A stretch of 64,000 nucleotides of DNA from positions 11,713,812-11,777,811 of the forward strand of contig NC_092675.1 in NCBI RefSeq assembly GCF_964355755.1, read 5' to 3'. A program made the translations under genes and the position numbers. This DNA is from Antedon mediterranea (Eukaryota > Animalia > Echinodermata). Positions 22,926 to 35,495 of the stretch are shown in pieces. The first letter of the stretch is position 1. Each line of letters begins with the position of its first letter. Under the pieces are notes generated by a model. It saw only the letters and a list, made by a program, of their open reading frames with translations. It did not search any database and was not told where the DNA came from.

Positions 22926-25900
22926 CACCTATTGGAATTACCTACCTGTCAATATAAATAACCTCACTAAAATACATATTACATTTTATGCAATGCAAAA
23001 AAAAAGAAGTTAATTCACACATTGGTTCAAAAGTTATGAATCATTTAAAGACAGGAACTTTTTGGGCATTTTTGAGACATTGGGAAAATCACGCGTAAAA
23101 AGCCCTCGGACGAATTTTGTAGGGCGATATCTAAAAAAAAAAATGTTGAGGACACCCAAAAAAAATTTTTTCTTGTACAACTCTGTTGTATCTATGGGTT
23201 TGGAAAAAATAAGAACTTTAAAATTATTAGTATAAAAGTTATAACCCTTCAAAAATGGGTTCAAATATAATTAGAAAAAGTGCCATTTTTTAAGCAAAAA
23301 TCACTGTTTTTTGGGCACTTTAACGGACCATAACTTTTGAATGGATAATCCGATTTCAATCATTTAAATTGCAAAAGTTTATGTTCAGTAAGTTCCTTCT
23401 GATTAACTGAAAGAAAAAGTACCATCATTAATTTGAATTTTTACATTGGGATACCTAATTATATCGAGCAACAAGTAGTAAGGTCTAGGCTAATAATTTA
23501 TCTACAGTATTTGATTAGGGATTAGGCCTACTAAATAAGGCAGCGCCTGTTTTTGTGGAATTCAGATTTTGGGGCATCTATCTAAGCCTTGGCTAGGCCT
23601 AGTGGTCGTAGTGTCTACAAGGCTAGGCCTAAGCCTGACGCGATCTATGGCTATTCATTTCGTAAGCGTTTTTTTGTTTTCGCGAATAATAACGGCGACT
23701 CCCCGGTGGTACAAGGTTAGGCCTAGACCTGACGCAATTTGTTGTTATTTATTTTCATAATTCTTTATGTTTCACTAAAATAACGACAAACCCCCGGGGC
23801 GGGGGGGGGGGGAAATACCCCGGGGGGGGGGGGGGTGAATTTGCCGACCGGCACTCCAAAAAGCTGGTGACATCCCTGAACAGATTTTCATGCCCTTATT
23901 TTATTAACCATCATAATTATAGTCCTGAAGTATTTTCGATTTTTTGAGAATTTTGATTAGAAAAAATACAGAGAAAAATGTTCACATCTTAAAGATAAAT
24001 GCAATAATTCTTTTAAAATTAAATTGCATCATATCAGATAAGAATCGGAGTTATGACTAGAGCCTAAAATGAGACTTAGACTGAGACCTTGATAAATGGT
24101 TGGGTGGGTGACTATGTACAGTGTGCAGTTTTAGACAATTTAAAAAATGTTATAAGATGAATTATGTACAGTACTCCAGACCTATATACACAAAGAAATG
24201 TAATAGTGCAGCTCAATTGAAAAAAAAAAAACAATTTTACCAATAAGTGTGTGTCAAATCAACCAGTAGTGGTCTCTGCTATATATTAAATGGCACTGCC
24301 GAAGAGGAAACATTTTAGAATTGGTAGCTCCAAAGTTTAAACATGGACATTAGCCATAATAGAAAGGGCGTGGCATTTTTTGGAGGACTAATTTCTAACC
24401 TTAATATTTCAAGAATAAATAAATAATAACATTTGTTTGGTTACTAATGAATAAAAGAAGTGAAAACAGGCTAAAGCCCAAACAGACAGTAAAATGTATC
24501 ATATATAGTTTAAAATTGGTGCTTGGTTTGTCTGTTTAGCATCTGAGCAATTTGGAATGAATTTTACCTCTCATGGCAATGACCATACTGATGAATTGTT
24601 AGATTCTGTCTGTCTTTATGTCAACTTAAATTTAACTTTTTGCATCTAAGCCCTCCCTATGGAGAGCACGGGCTATTGTCGGTTTATACAGGTAAGCTAG
24701 GCACGAAATAAGACTAATTCTCATTAAAATGTAATGATTAAAGTCAAAGGTCAAAACACTTTCAATCGCATTTAGTACATTATTTCTATAAGAGTAAACA
24801 GAAACATGGGTGTTTTGGAGTATTTTGACACCAAATTCCCTTGTGTATTCCTATCGATCACCAAGATTTCTCTACAATTTTGGTATAAAATATGACCAGA
24901 TCAAGGGTTCAAAGGTCAAAATAGAATGTTTCTAAAGGAATTTGGTATTTTTCTTTCATTAAAGTGAATAGAAAGTTGGGCATTCCGAATAATTTGAGAT
25001 ATTGATATAATCCAAATTTAGGGTCAAAGTTTAAAACATGCATTTCCGGTCATTTTTTTAAAAACTTTTCCATTATAATGAATATAAATATGGGTCTTCT
25101 GAGTATTTTGACAGCAATTTCGCTTGTGTACTCCTATCGATCACCAAGATGTCTATAAAATTAAAATATGTCTAGGTCAATAGTTGAAAGGTCAAAATAG
25201 AAGGTTTTTGGTATTTTTCTTTCATTAAAGTGAATAGAAAGTTGGGCATTCTGAATAATTTGGGACAACTTTGAAGTCTCTACGGCCAGTCATTGATGAG
25301 ATATTGAGATAATCCAAATTTAGGGTCAAAGGTCAAAACAGGCATTTCTGACCATTTTTTGTTAAACTTTTTCATTACAGTGAATATAAATATGGGTCTT
25401 CTGAGTATTTTGACACCAAGATTGTTTACTTACACCTACTGGTTGTCAGCATATGGTAAATAATTTTAAGAAGGCCGCCATTTTTAAAAATGGCCCAATC
25501 GGGTTGAAGCACAACGGGGAAACCCGGGGACTTTTAGTATATTGTTTCAGACAACATTAGGGACCTATCCTGAAAAATTCAGCTTTAGCATATTTATTTC
25601 TACCTCAAAGTCTAACCTGGGATTTGTTTGTCTTCCTATTATATTATATGCCAAGATAATATAGTTCTACATGCCATGTGCTTTTTTCTCTGAGAAATAT
25701 TTATTATATGCCAAAAAAACGGTTTTTTCTCTATATGAAGCCTTTATTATTTAAATCTTTTAGAGAAAAATCACACATACCATAAAGCAGGTCCATTTTT
25801 TTATTTCATTTTTTAAATAAAATTGTGAAAATTACGTGAGGCTCAACTACAAAACCACCATTTTGGGATATGATGTCATCGTAAGCCAATCAAAGCTGAG

Positions 25901-27643
25901 ATTTCCCGCGATCGGCAGAGCTCACCTTTGAATGATTTTGGATCCTGGCTATTTGATTGGTGGACGCAAATCACCCACAGCGGAATGTTTTCTCTTGCGT
26001 GTACCGGGAAGTCACATGGTCTGTCTGTACTGATGTTACTACACAAACTTAGAGCAATGAATTTGTACGAATTTCGTTAAATAAACAATTTTATATATTT
26101 TGTAAACATTTAATAACATATTTTATTGATATTTCCAATGTTGATATATAAAATAAATTACTATAAAACGTAATTATTTGTAATTGATTTAGCGAAAAAC
26201 GGTGTGGTTCATACAATTGTCGACTGAGGGCGCAATTTGTTTACAACGTTCGTGGCCAAAAACGATCATTTTCGGAGATGTTTTAGACCTTATATTTCGA
26301 AAACTACAAGTCAGATTTTCGTAATTCTTTCTTTATTGGAATATTGAAACAAAATACTAACATATAATGTTTAAATTGGTTGAAAAATAACAACTTTTAA
26401 TTTTGCATCGTTAATTTTCATTACCGATCAACCAAAAAAGAGAAAAATTTGAATAGATACCACAATGATAAAACTACTTTTCTACGGTAACGGGCCGATT
26501 CGGCCCTGAGACGATTCGGCCCTGGGACGATTCGGCCCGGGACGATTCGGCCCTGAGACGATTCGGCACACATTGATCGGCTTTGATATGCATTTTATAA
26601 GCATAAAATAAGCTTTTTCCCCAAACTTTATTTCCAGAGAGACTATGGGGTAGGCCTAGTACTACTGGCTGTAGTAGGGATGATGCAATAAAGCAAACAT
26701 ATTGAAAACATTGTCGAAAATGATCAATTTTTAGTCACGCGAACGATGTAAACAAGTTACGCCCTCTGTTGGCCGCTTGGCGAATGCACGAAATAAACAA
26801 GGTTTTCGAAGTAATAAATTGAATATAAAATTACGTTTTTTTAGTAATTTATTAGGCCTATAATTATAGTTATATCAACATTGTCAATATCAATAAAATA
26901 CGGATTGTTAAACACCTTTAGGGAGCGTGCCCAAATGTTTTTACTCCGTTAATAGACGTTTAAATGCGTTAATAATATGCAAAACGTTAATGAGTTTTGC
27001 GGTCTGTACTCAGCAGAGCGTATCATGGTTAATACTGTACAATGAAATTGAATTTACTATCTAACGCGTACAACGGAAGAACAACGTCCGTTGTTTTCGT
27101 CCGTTAAACGCCGACCTAACAGATCGTTTTTATATTCGTTAAACGCTCATTTAACGGACCCTTGTACTGAAAATATCACACCACACATTACAGAGTTCAA
27201 TACAATAATATCTAATAATAATATGAAGATCGACGGCAATTGCGGTAGAAAGGGCCTTGAAACTGCAGATGATGTTGTGGTAAACCGTCATTTCGACGGC
27301 AAAAAAAAAATGCTGTTAAAACAACCTTACCCAACATTAAATTATCAGCATCTACAATTCCACAATTTTTGTTGAACATTTTCAACTTATAGAACATTCC
27401 TATAATATACTCATTTTTTGTTTAGCATGCTTGACGTTAATTCCTTTTTTATTTTTTACCCCATACACTTGACCGGAAAAAAAAATGGCGAAATTGTAAA
27501 CACGGATAAAACCCCGACTGTCGTATCGATAGTATCAGCATGTATAGCCTTTATGGACGATGGTATGGACCAAACAATATAGAAACCGGTCGCCGTCTAT
27601 CTAGAGCTAAAACATTTACTGACTGTAGCTGCCGCGCGAGTTA

Positions 27644-28075
27644 AGTGTGTCCAAAAACAGAGGAGGAAACTTTGGGCGATATGACGTCACGTTATTAGCA
27701 AGCACATGGTTTTTTATCACCGCGAAGCGATGTACAACACGCACCACAGTGTTTTTGGCCAGCCTCCGTGATGCTGCTGCAAGGGTGTCATGTTTATTAC
27801 AAAATACTAAAAAAACTGTGTACATTAACAATTATTGTATTACGTAAATAAATTATTACTTTAACTATCGCTGACCTCGAGTGTGTCCAAAAACAGAGGA
27901 TGAAACTTTGGGCGATATGACGCCACGTTATTAGCAAGCACATGGTTTTTTATCACCGCGATGCGATGTACACACGCACCACGGTGTTTTTGGCAGCCTC
28001 CGTGATGCTGCTGCAAGGGTGTCATGTTTATTACAAAATACAAAAAAAAACTGTGTACATTAACAATTATTGTAT
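27644..28075. repeat. ~235-bp direct tandem duplication
   Basis: agtgtgtccaaaaacagagga...tacattaacaattattgtat at ~27644 and ~27880. Confidence 0.9.
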
Positions 28076-28234
28076 CTATTTAGGCCTAAATGGTGTAATA
28101 GGCAAAACACTTATACAGTATATATAAAATAAATATATAAAAACAATGTGCAATTGCCTTCTTGCAGTAGGGAGGCGGCGCAAAAAAGGGAATTCCCCTA
28201 CTTGCTCTCAACCAAGCGCGAATTTACTATTCAG

Positions 28235-28484
28235 TGCGTTCTGTTAAACGCCGAGTTAACGGACGATAGAGGACAGTATATAGAGTATGCATCATTCGAA
28301 TACCCATCATTCCCGGAGTTTACTGAGTTTTTGTGTCCGTTAAACGCCGAGCTAACGGACGATAGTATTAAAATGACAGCATAATATAGAGTATAGCATC
28401 ATTCCACAGGGTATATTACTGAGTTTTTGTGTCCGTTAAACGCCGAGCTAACGGACGGTAGTAATAAATGACAGATGGAGTATA
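28235..28484. repeat. ~85-bp satellite, left part (interrupted by the hAT-like insertion)
   Basis: Unit ctgagtttttgtgtccgttaaacgccgagctaacggacgatagtatt...; continues at 39445. Confidence 0.85.
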
Positions 28485-29585
28485 CAGGGCTGAAAATTAA
28501 CCTTTAAACCATAGTGGCCAGCAGGGCCAGTTGAAGTTGAAGGATGGTCGCCCTTATTAAAAATGGCTGGCCCTTATTAATTTTTTGTACATTTTTTTTT
28601 TGCCCAAGGGGGGGGGGGGAATTTATCCCCACCCCTCCCAATTATATCATTTATTACTTTTGATAATTAAATTACTCTCCCCAAAATTCCTCCCTCCCCC
28701 ACTCCCCTCCCACACCCACATTCACACACAATATTTTCCGTGGGGATCGTCATTGAAAAAAATCAATCCAATTTTTTGTATGGCCTGGGTAGGCCTAGAT
28801 TGGGTTTCAGGAGCCTGCCTGGAGAATCCTGACCAACATGTCTTTAGCCTAGGCCTAGCTTTTCTAGCCTAGCTTGTTGGCCTAGAAATCAGACAAAAAA
28901 CTACCTGTATTTCATAAATTATACAATTCTAACATGCAATAGCCATTAAAATATTGATAATAAGTTACAAAGTATCATTTTAAAATAATTAAGAAAGATA
29001 TTTAAAGGACAACTGTACCGAGGACCATATTTTAAAAACGTATTAGGGGTATACATATGATTTCAGAACCATCGCGAAATCGAGGATATCGCCGCACGCG
29101 CTTGCCGTACAGCCGTCGCCGTAAATTGCTGTGACGTCACAGGTGCATCGCATAATCTACTTAATGAGTTTTCGCTGTTGTTACCATACAATAGAATAGG
29201 TACCGTCACTTCAATTGCTTATTTAACCTTTTAAATTACTTAAATTTGCCAAAATGTTTTCCTGGTATTTTGAAGAAACACTTCAATATCCAGATAGACA
29301 AAACAAACAATAAAACAATTCAACTTTTATATTTTTTACGATTTATTTAAAAAGTGTGTTTACTAGAAATGTTCGCGCTTTGCGAGAGTTGTCTATGGGA
29401 CCCGAAGAGTAGCTAGTAGAAACATGACGTATGACGTTCTGGAATCATTCAACCATATCGGACTCAAAACTTTTTCTCTGCTAGCTAGCGATTTTTGGGC
29501 CGTGTGCGAGCTTCCTCCTCCTCGTGTGTGTGACGGTGGTGTGATCAACATTGTGTAGAGTAGTAGTAGAGAGAGGGAACTGAAA

Positions 29586-32500
29586 ATGCCAGCGTGTGTT
29601 GTTTCAAATTGTCGGGAATACGAAAAAGCCCGATTAGATGGAATACCCTTTCATACCTTTCCAAATGATAAGGCGTTGGCCAGAAGATGGTTAACTGTTA
29701 TTAGAAACGCTAATTTGAATCCCGGCTGTAAGCCGTCGACATACAGAACTTTGCGAGTTTGTGGAAAGCACTTCATGAAGTCAGATTACCTACCTGACCC
29801 AAAACACGATCTAGCTCCGCATCTTTACAAGCCAAAACACCGCCTGAAACCTGACGCAGTACCAAGTATATTTGCATTTAACAAACCTAGTAGTACAACT
29901 ATGAGAAGTGCATTTAAAAAAAGACAGGAGGCTGGTAATCAAGAATCGGTAAGAACAATGATGAATTTACCACCAGAACAATAATATTAATAATTAGGCC
30001 TAATATATCAAAGTAAATTATAGGCCTAATAAGTTCTTTTTTCTTTTTATGTTTAGGCTAAGCCTAAAAAAAAATTAAAAATTGACTGGGCCTACTACTC
30101 TGTACATTATTAAAATATTACATTTATGATATAGGCCTAGGGATTTTAGGCTATGCCTAGCCTATAAATCCAAACAAGAAAAAATATAGCCTAGGCCTAT
30201 GCTAGATAGTATTACTACTACTACTAGCTAGAGATAGGCCCTTTCTTAGTGCATTATTTTTTTTAAATGAAAAATGCTATAATGATGATTACTACTAACT
30301 AGGCCTACTAACTACTAGCCATCATTTGGTGATTGAGAACAACAACAATTAACACTAACTATAGTTTAAAAAAACAATTCTATTTTTTGTTACTGTGTAG
30401 AAATGGTATTAAAGAAAAATAAATATATTTAGTTTTTCACAGGCTCAGAATCATCGCATACATCACATGATGTCCAAGAAAAAAAATCAGTACATGGCAA
30501 TGATGAGGTATGATTATTTATGGTTTATCTATCTTCACCAACTTGTGAATGCGTAGTGTATGTAATATCAAATTCTGTAAACTATATAATATTATAATTT
30601 TACAGGACTTAAATGTAAGCTTTTCATCATCACATGGAAATGAGTTGATGGGATGGATACCAGAAGAGGACAGTTCTTCTTCCTCTGAAGAAGAAATAGA
30701 AGTAGTAGATGATAATGTTACAGGAAAAGTGATAGTCAATGTTGATAGTGTGCTTGAAATGTTTAAGCGATGCCAAGAATGCGGTCAGAAGATAATATCA
30801 ACAAATGTGTTATACAGGGGAGCAAAAATAATTGTACATTGGCAATGTACTGAATATCACTTTGGCAAATGGGAAAGCTGTCCAGATGTTCGTGGAATGG
30901 CAGAAATCAATTTACTTACAGCCTCTGCTATTTTGTACAGTGGAAACACATATCAAGCAATTAATAATTTTGCTAAAATTCTTGATATGCATTTTTTATC
31001 ATCATCAAGTTTTTATCAAATTCAAAAATGTTATTTGTTGCCAGTCATAAATGAAGCATATAAGGAACAACAAGATGTGATGATTGCTGAACTCATTTTA
31101 AGAAGTTTGGATAATGAGACTATCTCAATTTTGGGGGACGCCCGGTCAGACTCGCCAGGGTATTCCGCAAAATATTCTACGTACTCTTTTATTGAAGAGA
31201 AAAGTGACAAAATTGTTGATGCTCGGCTGATACAAGTGACGGAATGTTCCAGCTCAGTAGCAATGGAAAAGGAAGGTTTCATCAGAAGTTTAGAGTTTTT
31301 GTTGGGTCATGGCATCAACATCAAAACAATCACAACTGACAGATCACCATCAATCAGAAAAGTTATGAAGGACGAATACTGGGAGATATCACATCAGCTT
31401 GATTGCTGGCATGTTTGTAAAGGTATGATTGATACAGTAAAATAATTTTCTAACAAACTAAAACCAAATTAAATCCTTCATTTTTTTTACTCTCATCAGT
31501 ATATAAATAAGCACCATATACATATTGTACAAATGAGCATTATATGAGTTTGCTCTAATCTATCTCATCTCGCACAGTGTAATTTCAATTGACACTTCTT
31601 CTAGTCTACTAGTGTAGCACCAGCGAGTACAGTATATACTGTAATCATGTTTGTAAAGTTCATAAATTGTTTTACTAATACTATATTGTATATTTTATCA
31701 AATATTTCAGGCATTAAAAAGAAAGTCTTGGCAAGTGGTAAAAAGAAGGGAAATGAGCACCTATTATTGTGGACCAAGAGCATAACAAACCATTTGTGGT
31801 TCTGTTGTGCAACTTGTAAAGGTGATGTCCAGGTATGACCACTAGTGAATTTTTTTTTCAATCGACAGGGGTGAAGAGGAAAAGCAAAAGTAATGAAACT
31901 CTCATCTTGTGATGTGCTTAACAAGCCCTGTCAATATACTGTAAACAAAACAAAAATATATATTTATGTACATCATCATATTGATAATTGATATATAAAA
32001 TACTCAAAATTAAAAAATCAGTTCTGCTTTATACTGTGTTTATTATTAATAAGTACTATATAATTAATACAGAAATAAAAATAAAGTTGTGTCCAATAAA
32101 AAATATTGCAGTACTATATAAACTGCTCTTATACTAGTATAAAAGAAAAAAGAGCACCATCATCATCATTCTCTAAATTGAGCTTTACACTATTTTTTTA
32201 CTAATGTTTAGGTACTCAAAAACAGGTGGAAATCAATTTTAAATCACGTGGTAAATGTTCACAGATGGGAGGAAGATGGGATTGAGAATACCTGTGCACA
32301 CAGTGCCCTAACAGAAGAAGAAGCAGAAAGCAAGATATGGCTAGAATATGATTCGCCAGCCTATGATGCTTTGAAAAAAATTGTACTGGATAAAAGATTA
32401 GATAATGATCTTGGTCAACTTGGAGAATTTAAGCATACTGGTGGGTGTGAAATGTTTTTTGTGTAGACAATAAGAATTAAACGTTAGTGTAAAACCCATT

Positions 32501-33108
32501 TTACTTACTCACTGCTCAATTCTTCAATTCAGGTACCTTAGAGTCCTATCATGCCTCGTACACCAAGTTTGCCCCAAAACGAATTCACTTTCATTATGGT
32601 TCTATGCAAGGCAGGACTCAGCTAGCAGTTATAGATCATAATGCTAATGTTGGCAGGAAACAGGCACAAACAATTGCAGGTAATACTTATAATGCATGTA
32701 ATAAAATAATAAGACACTTTAAGTTAATATACAACATTTTATTATATTCTCTGTTCACCCATGTCTAAACTGTCTAGTCCAGCTACATAATAGGCCTATT
32801 AAAAATGATTTGTTTTTCTGAATTTAATTGTAGGTGATCTTCGATACAAAATGGTTTGCCCAAAACGGGGCGATGGATCATGGTCTGCCAAAAAAATTTA
32901 TGAAGCTAAAAAATATGATTACGTTGTTGATCTGGTTGAGAAGACGCTACAGAGACGAATGGACCCAGGTATAAGGTACAGATATACAGAATCTGCAGTG
33001 CCTCTTCCAGAATTACCAAAAAACATCTCAAAGCAGGAACAACCTTCTAAAGATTTATTAATAAATGAATATTGTCAAAGAACCGAGCAAATTATGGATA
33101 ATCAGTAG
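29586..33108 (+). CDS. Kolobok THAP-DDE transposase, multi-exon (29586-29934 or 29948, 30443-30507, 30606-31422, 31711-31832, 32212-32440, 32533-32679, 32834-33108)
   Basis: THAP: MPACVVSNC..FHTFP..W..VCGKHF..LKPDAVPSIF. Catalytic: GDARSDSPG, TTDRS, DCWH, HTGTLESYH..APKR. GT-AG exons from 30606 onward join in frame; the first junction is ambiguous. Confidence 0.88.
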
Positions 33109-33177
33109 ATGATTATGATGGTGATGATTTAAATACTGTTGTTATACAAAGTTTATTTTTCAGTTTAATCGAACAAA

Positions 33178-35441
33178 TTATGCATCATCAGTAGCAGGCC
33201 AAGAAAAACCTTTGTATGTTCCATCAGGTGAAGGAAACTTTTCTCTAATTTTCTTGACCAAACAAGCTGGCAATACCATTCTGTTCTTGTAGCCTAGTTT
33301 TTCACCTTGTAGAATCCATTGTAGTACAACTCTGTAAGCTACAAGGCGGTATTGTCTGATAATTTAAAAAAATGAATGACTTTAGCTAAGTCTGTTAAAA
33401 ATAAAAAGTGCCATGTTTTCTATATTTTGTTTTACTCACTGCTTGTTGATATCTAGTATTCTATATAGTAAATGGTTATTAGAGTGACTTTTGAAAACAT
33501 GGTCATGCAAAACAGATTTAGTGGTCAAATGTATTTTTAACAAGAAATATTTCTTACAAAAAACGCCGCGTAACTTTTTGACTGGACAGTTGTAAGAACA
33601 GTCTTCATTAATCTAATATAATAGGTCGGCCAATCAAAACGCAAGTGAACAATTGGGACTTTACTAATTGTGATTTATGTCATTGGCCTGTCAGCACAGT
33701 CGTTTCTTTCTAGAATTAAACGCACAAACTTGTATTGGGAATAATGTATGTGGTTATTACTATCGCATTTAGGTATTGATAATAATAATAATATGGCTTT
33801 TGAATATATAATTACTGTCTGTAGAATAACATTTATACATTTTCGGTTCGCGATGAAAAGTTATATGAATGGATTTGTAATAGGTATTTATAATAATAGT
33901 ATATGGGTTGTATTATTGCTAAGCTATCACCAAATCGCGTTATAACATTATTTCTCAGGGTTTTTTGCACCATTGATCAATACCAAACGCGTATCGGTAT
34001 TATAGTTTTTAATGAATCATTACATTAATAAAAATATCCAATTAAATCAATCGCGTCAGTCCAATTCCGACTTATGTTTCAATCACATAGTTCTCTGTCT
34101 ACACTGTCCCAACTAGTTTAACAAAAAAAGTGTGATGTGCCCAAATATGGTAGTGATATGCCCGAATATCGTAGTGATATGACATCGTCATGTCTATATA
34201 ATATGGGCACATCATATTTAGTTTGATAGTATAGACAGAGCTTAAGGATTATATTTAAAAAATATTTATATTTATTTGTTTATAAGCCCAATTTTCCAGT
34301 CTTAATTTTACATTTTGAAAAAAAGTATTTATTTGTTTATAAGCCCAATTTTCCAGTCTTAATTTTACATTTTGAAAAAAAAGTATTTTATTTGTTGATA
34401 AGCCCAATTGTGCAGTCTTATTTTACATTTTGAACGAAAGTATTTATTTGTTGATAAGCCCAATTTTGCATTCTTATTTTACATTTTAAATGAAAGTATT
34501 TATTTGTTGATAAGCCGAATTTTCCAGTTTAATAATAATGACCCCTTCCACAGTGCTTATACCATATACATTTTACATGATATTGACCGTGGGTTCTTTA
34601 CGCCTCTGATGCATTTGTTTTTATTGTACCTTTTTAATAAATTATTATATGTTTAGGCCTAATCACACCCAATTTAATGAAACGGTCAGATTCCGATTTC
34701 AATTGAACGAAAGTAGTACTGTATTTATTATTCATTGATAAGCCAAGGGTCCCATGGCGTTAGCTGATATCTTGAGCATTTGACTCTTGTGTGAACCTGT
34801 AACACAAATCATTCTTCAAAATCTAAAGAAAGAACCTCACACGTCTTTTTTGTGAGTGATACACTATGGATATGCCCACGGAAATAATATGTGGACATTG
34901 CAAACAATCATAGGCCTACAGTAACAAACATAGAATGGCTAATAAGCATAACATTCAGACTTGCTTGTTTTCTAGTGGATTTTTATTTACTTTAGCATGT
35001 AGAATAAAACTATTAACAGTGGCTATATTAATAATTATACTGATTATCCTTGATGTTATCGCGTCTAATAATAAAATATTTTGTTGTTGATAAGCCCAAT
35101 TTTTCAGCCTTGATTTTACATTTTGAACGAAAGTATTTATTTGTTGATAAGCCCAATTTCCTAATAATGACCCTTCCACAGTGCATTTTACATGATATTG
35201 ACCGAGGGTTTTTACGCCTCTATAGCCACTGATCAATACCATAATTAGTGTACTTTTTTAAATGAATATTGAAATGTTTCAACATACCCAATTCAAAAAA
35301 ACGGTCCGTTTTCGAGTTCAATCTTTTGATTAGAGAGGTTGGAGTTTCATTTTGAACGAAAGTATTTATTTGATTGATAAGCCAAATTTCTAGTCCTAAT
35401 GATTTGAGATTCAACGGGTTTTGCTTTCAATTGTATAATAA

Positions 35442-35495
<54 letters not shown>

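Larger units (their letters stand above)
14055..22934 (-). mobile_element. Complete Zisupton (KDZ-class) DNA transposon
   Basis: Perfect 8-bp TSD GAATTACC at 14047-14054 and 22935-22942; long subterminal inverted repeats starting tggtgaattttgtccaagatgggg (14064) / ccccatcttggacaaaattcacca (22925); intact KDZ-type ORF. Confidence 0.9.
7071..25632. mobile_element. Putative large long-TIR element (left arm ~7071-7335 + ~12323-13020; right arm ~24740-25632), superfamily unresolved
   Basis: 7099-7335 is the reverse complement of ~25374-25605; 12330-13010 is the reverse complement of ~24740-25420, with internal repeats. Extreme ends diverge and no TSD was found. Confidence 0.5.

Noticed and set aside
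23790-23836. G-rich runs (possible G-quadruplex)
   Set aside because: Homopolymer runs are common in this window and nothing indicates function.
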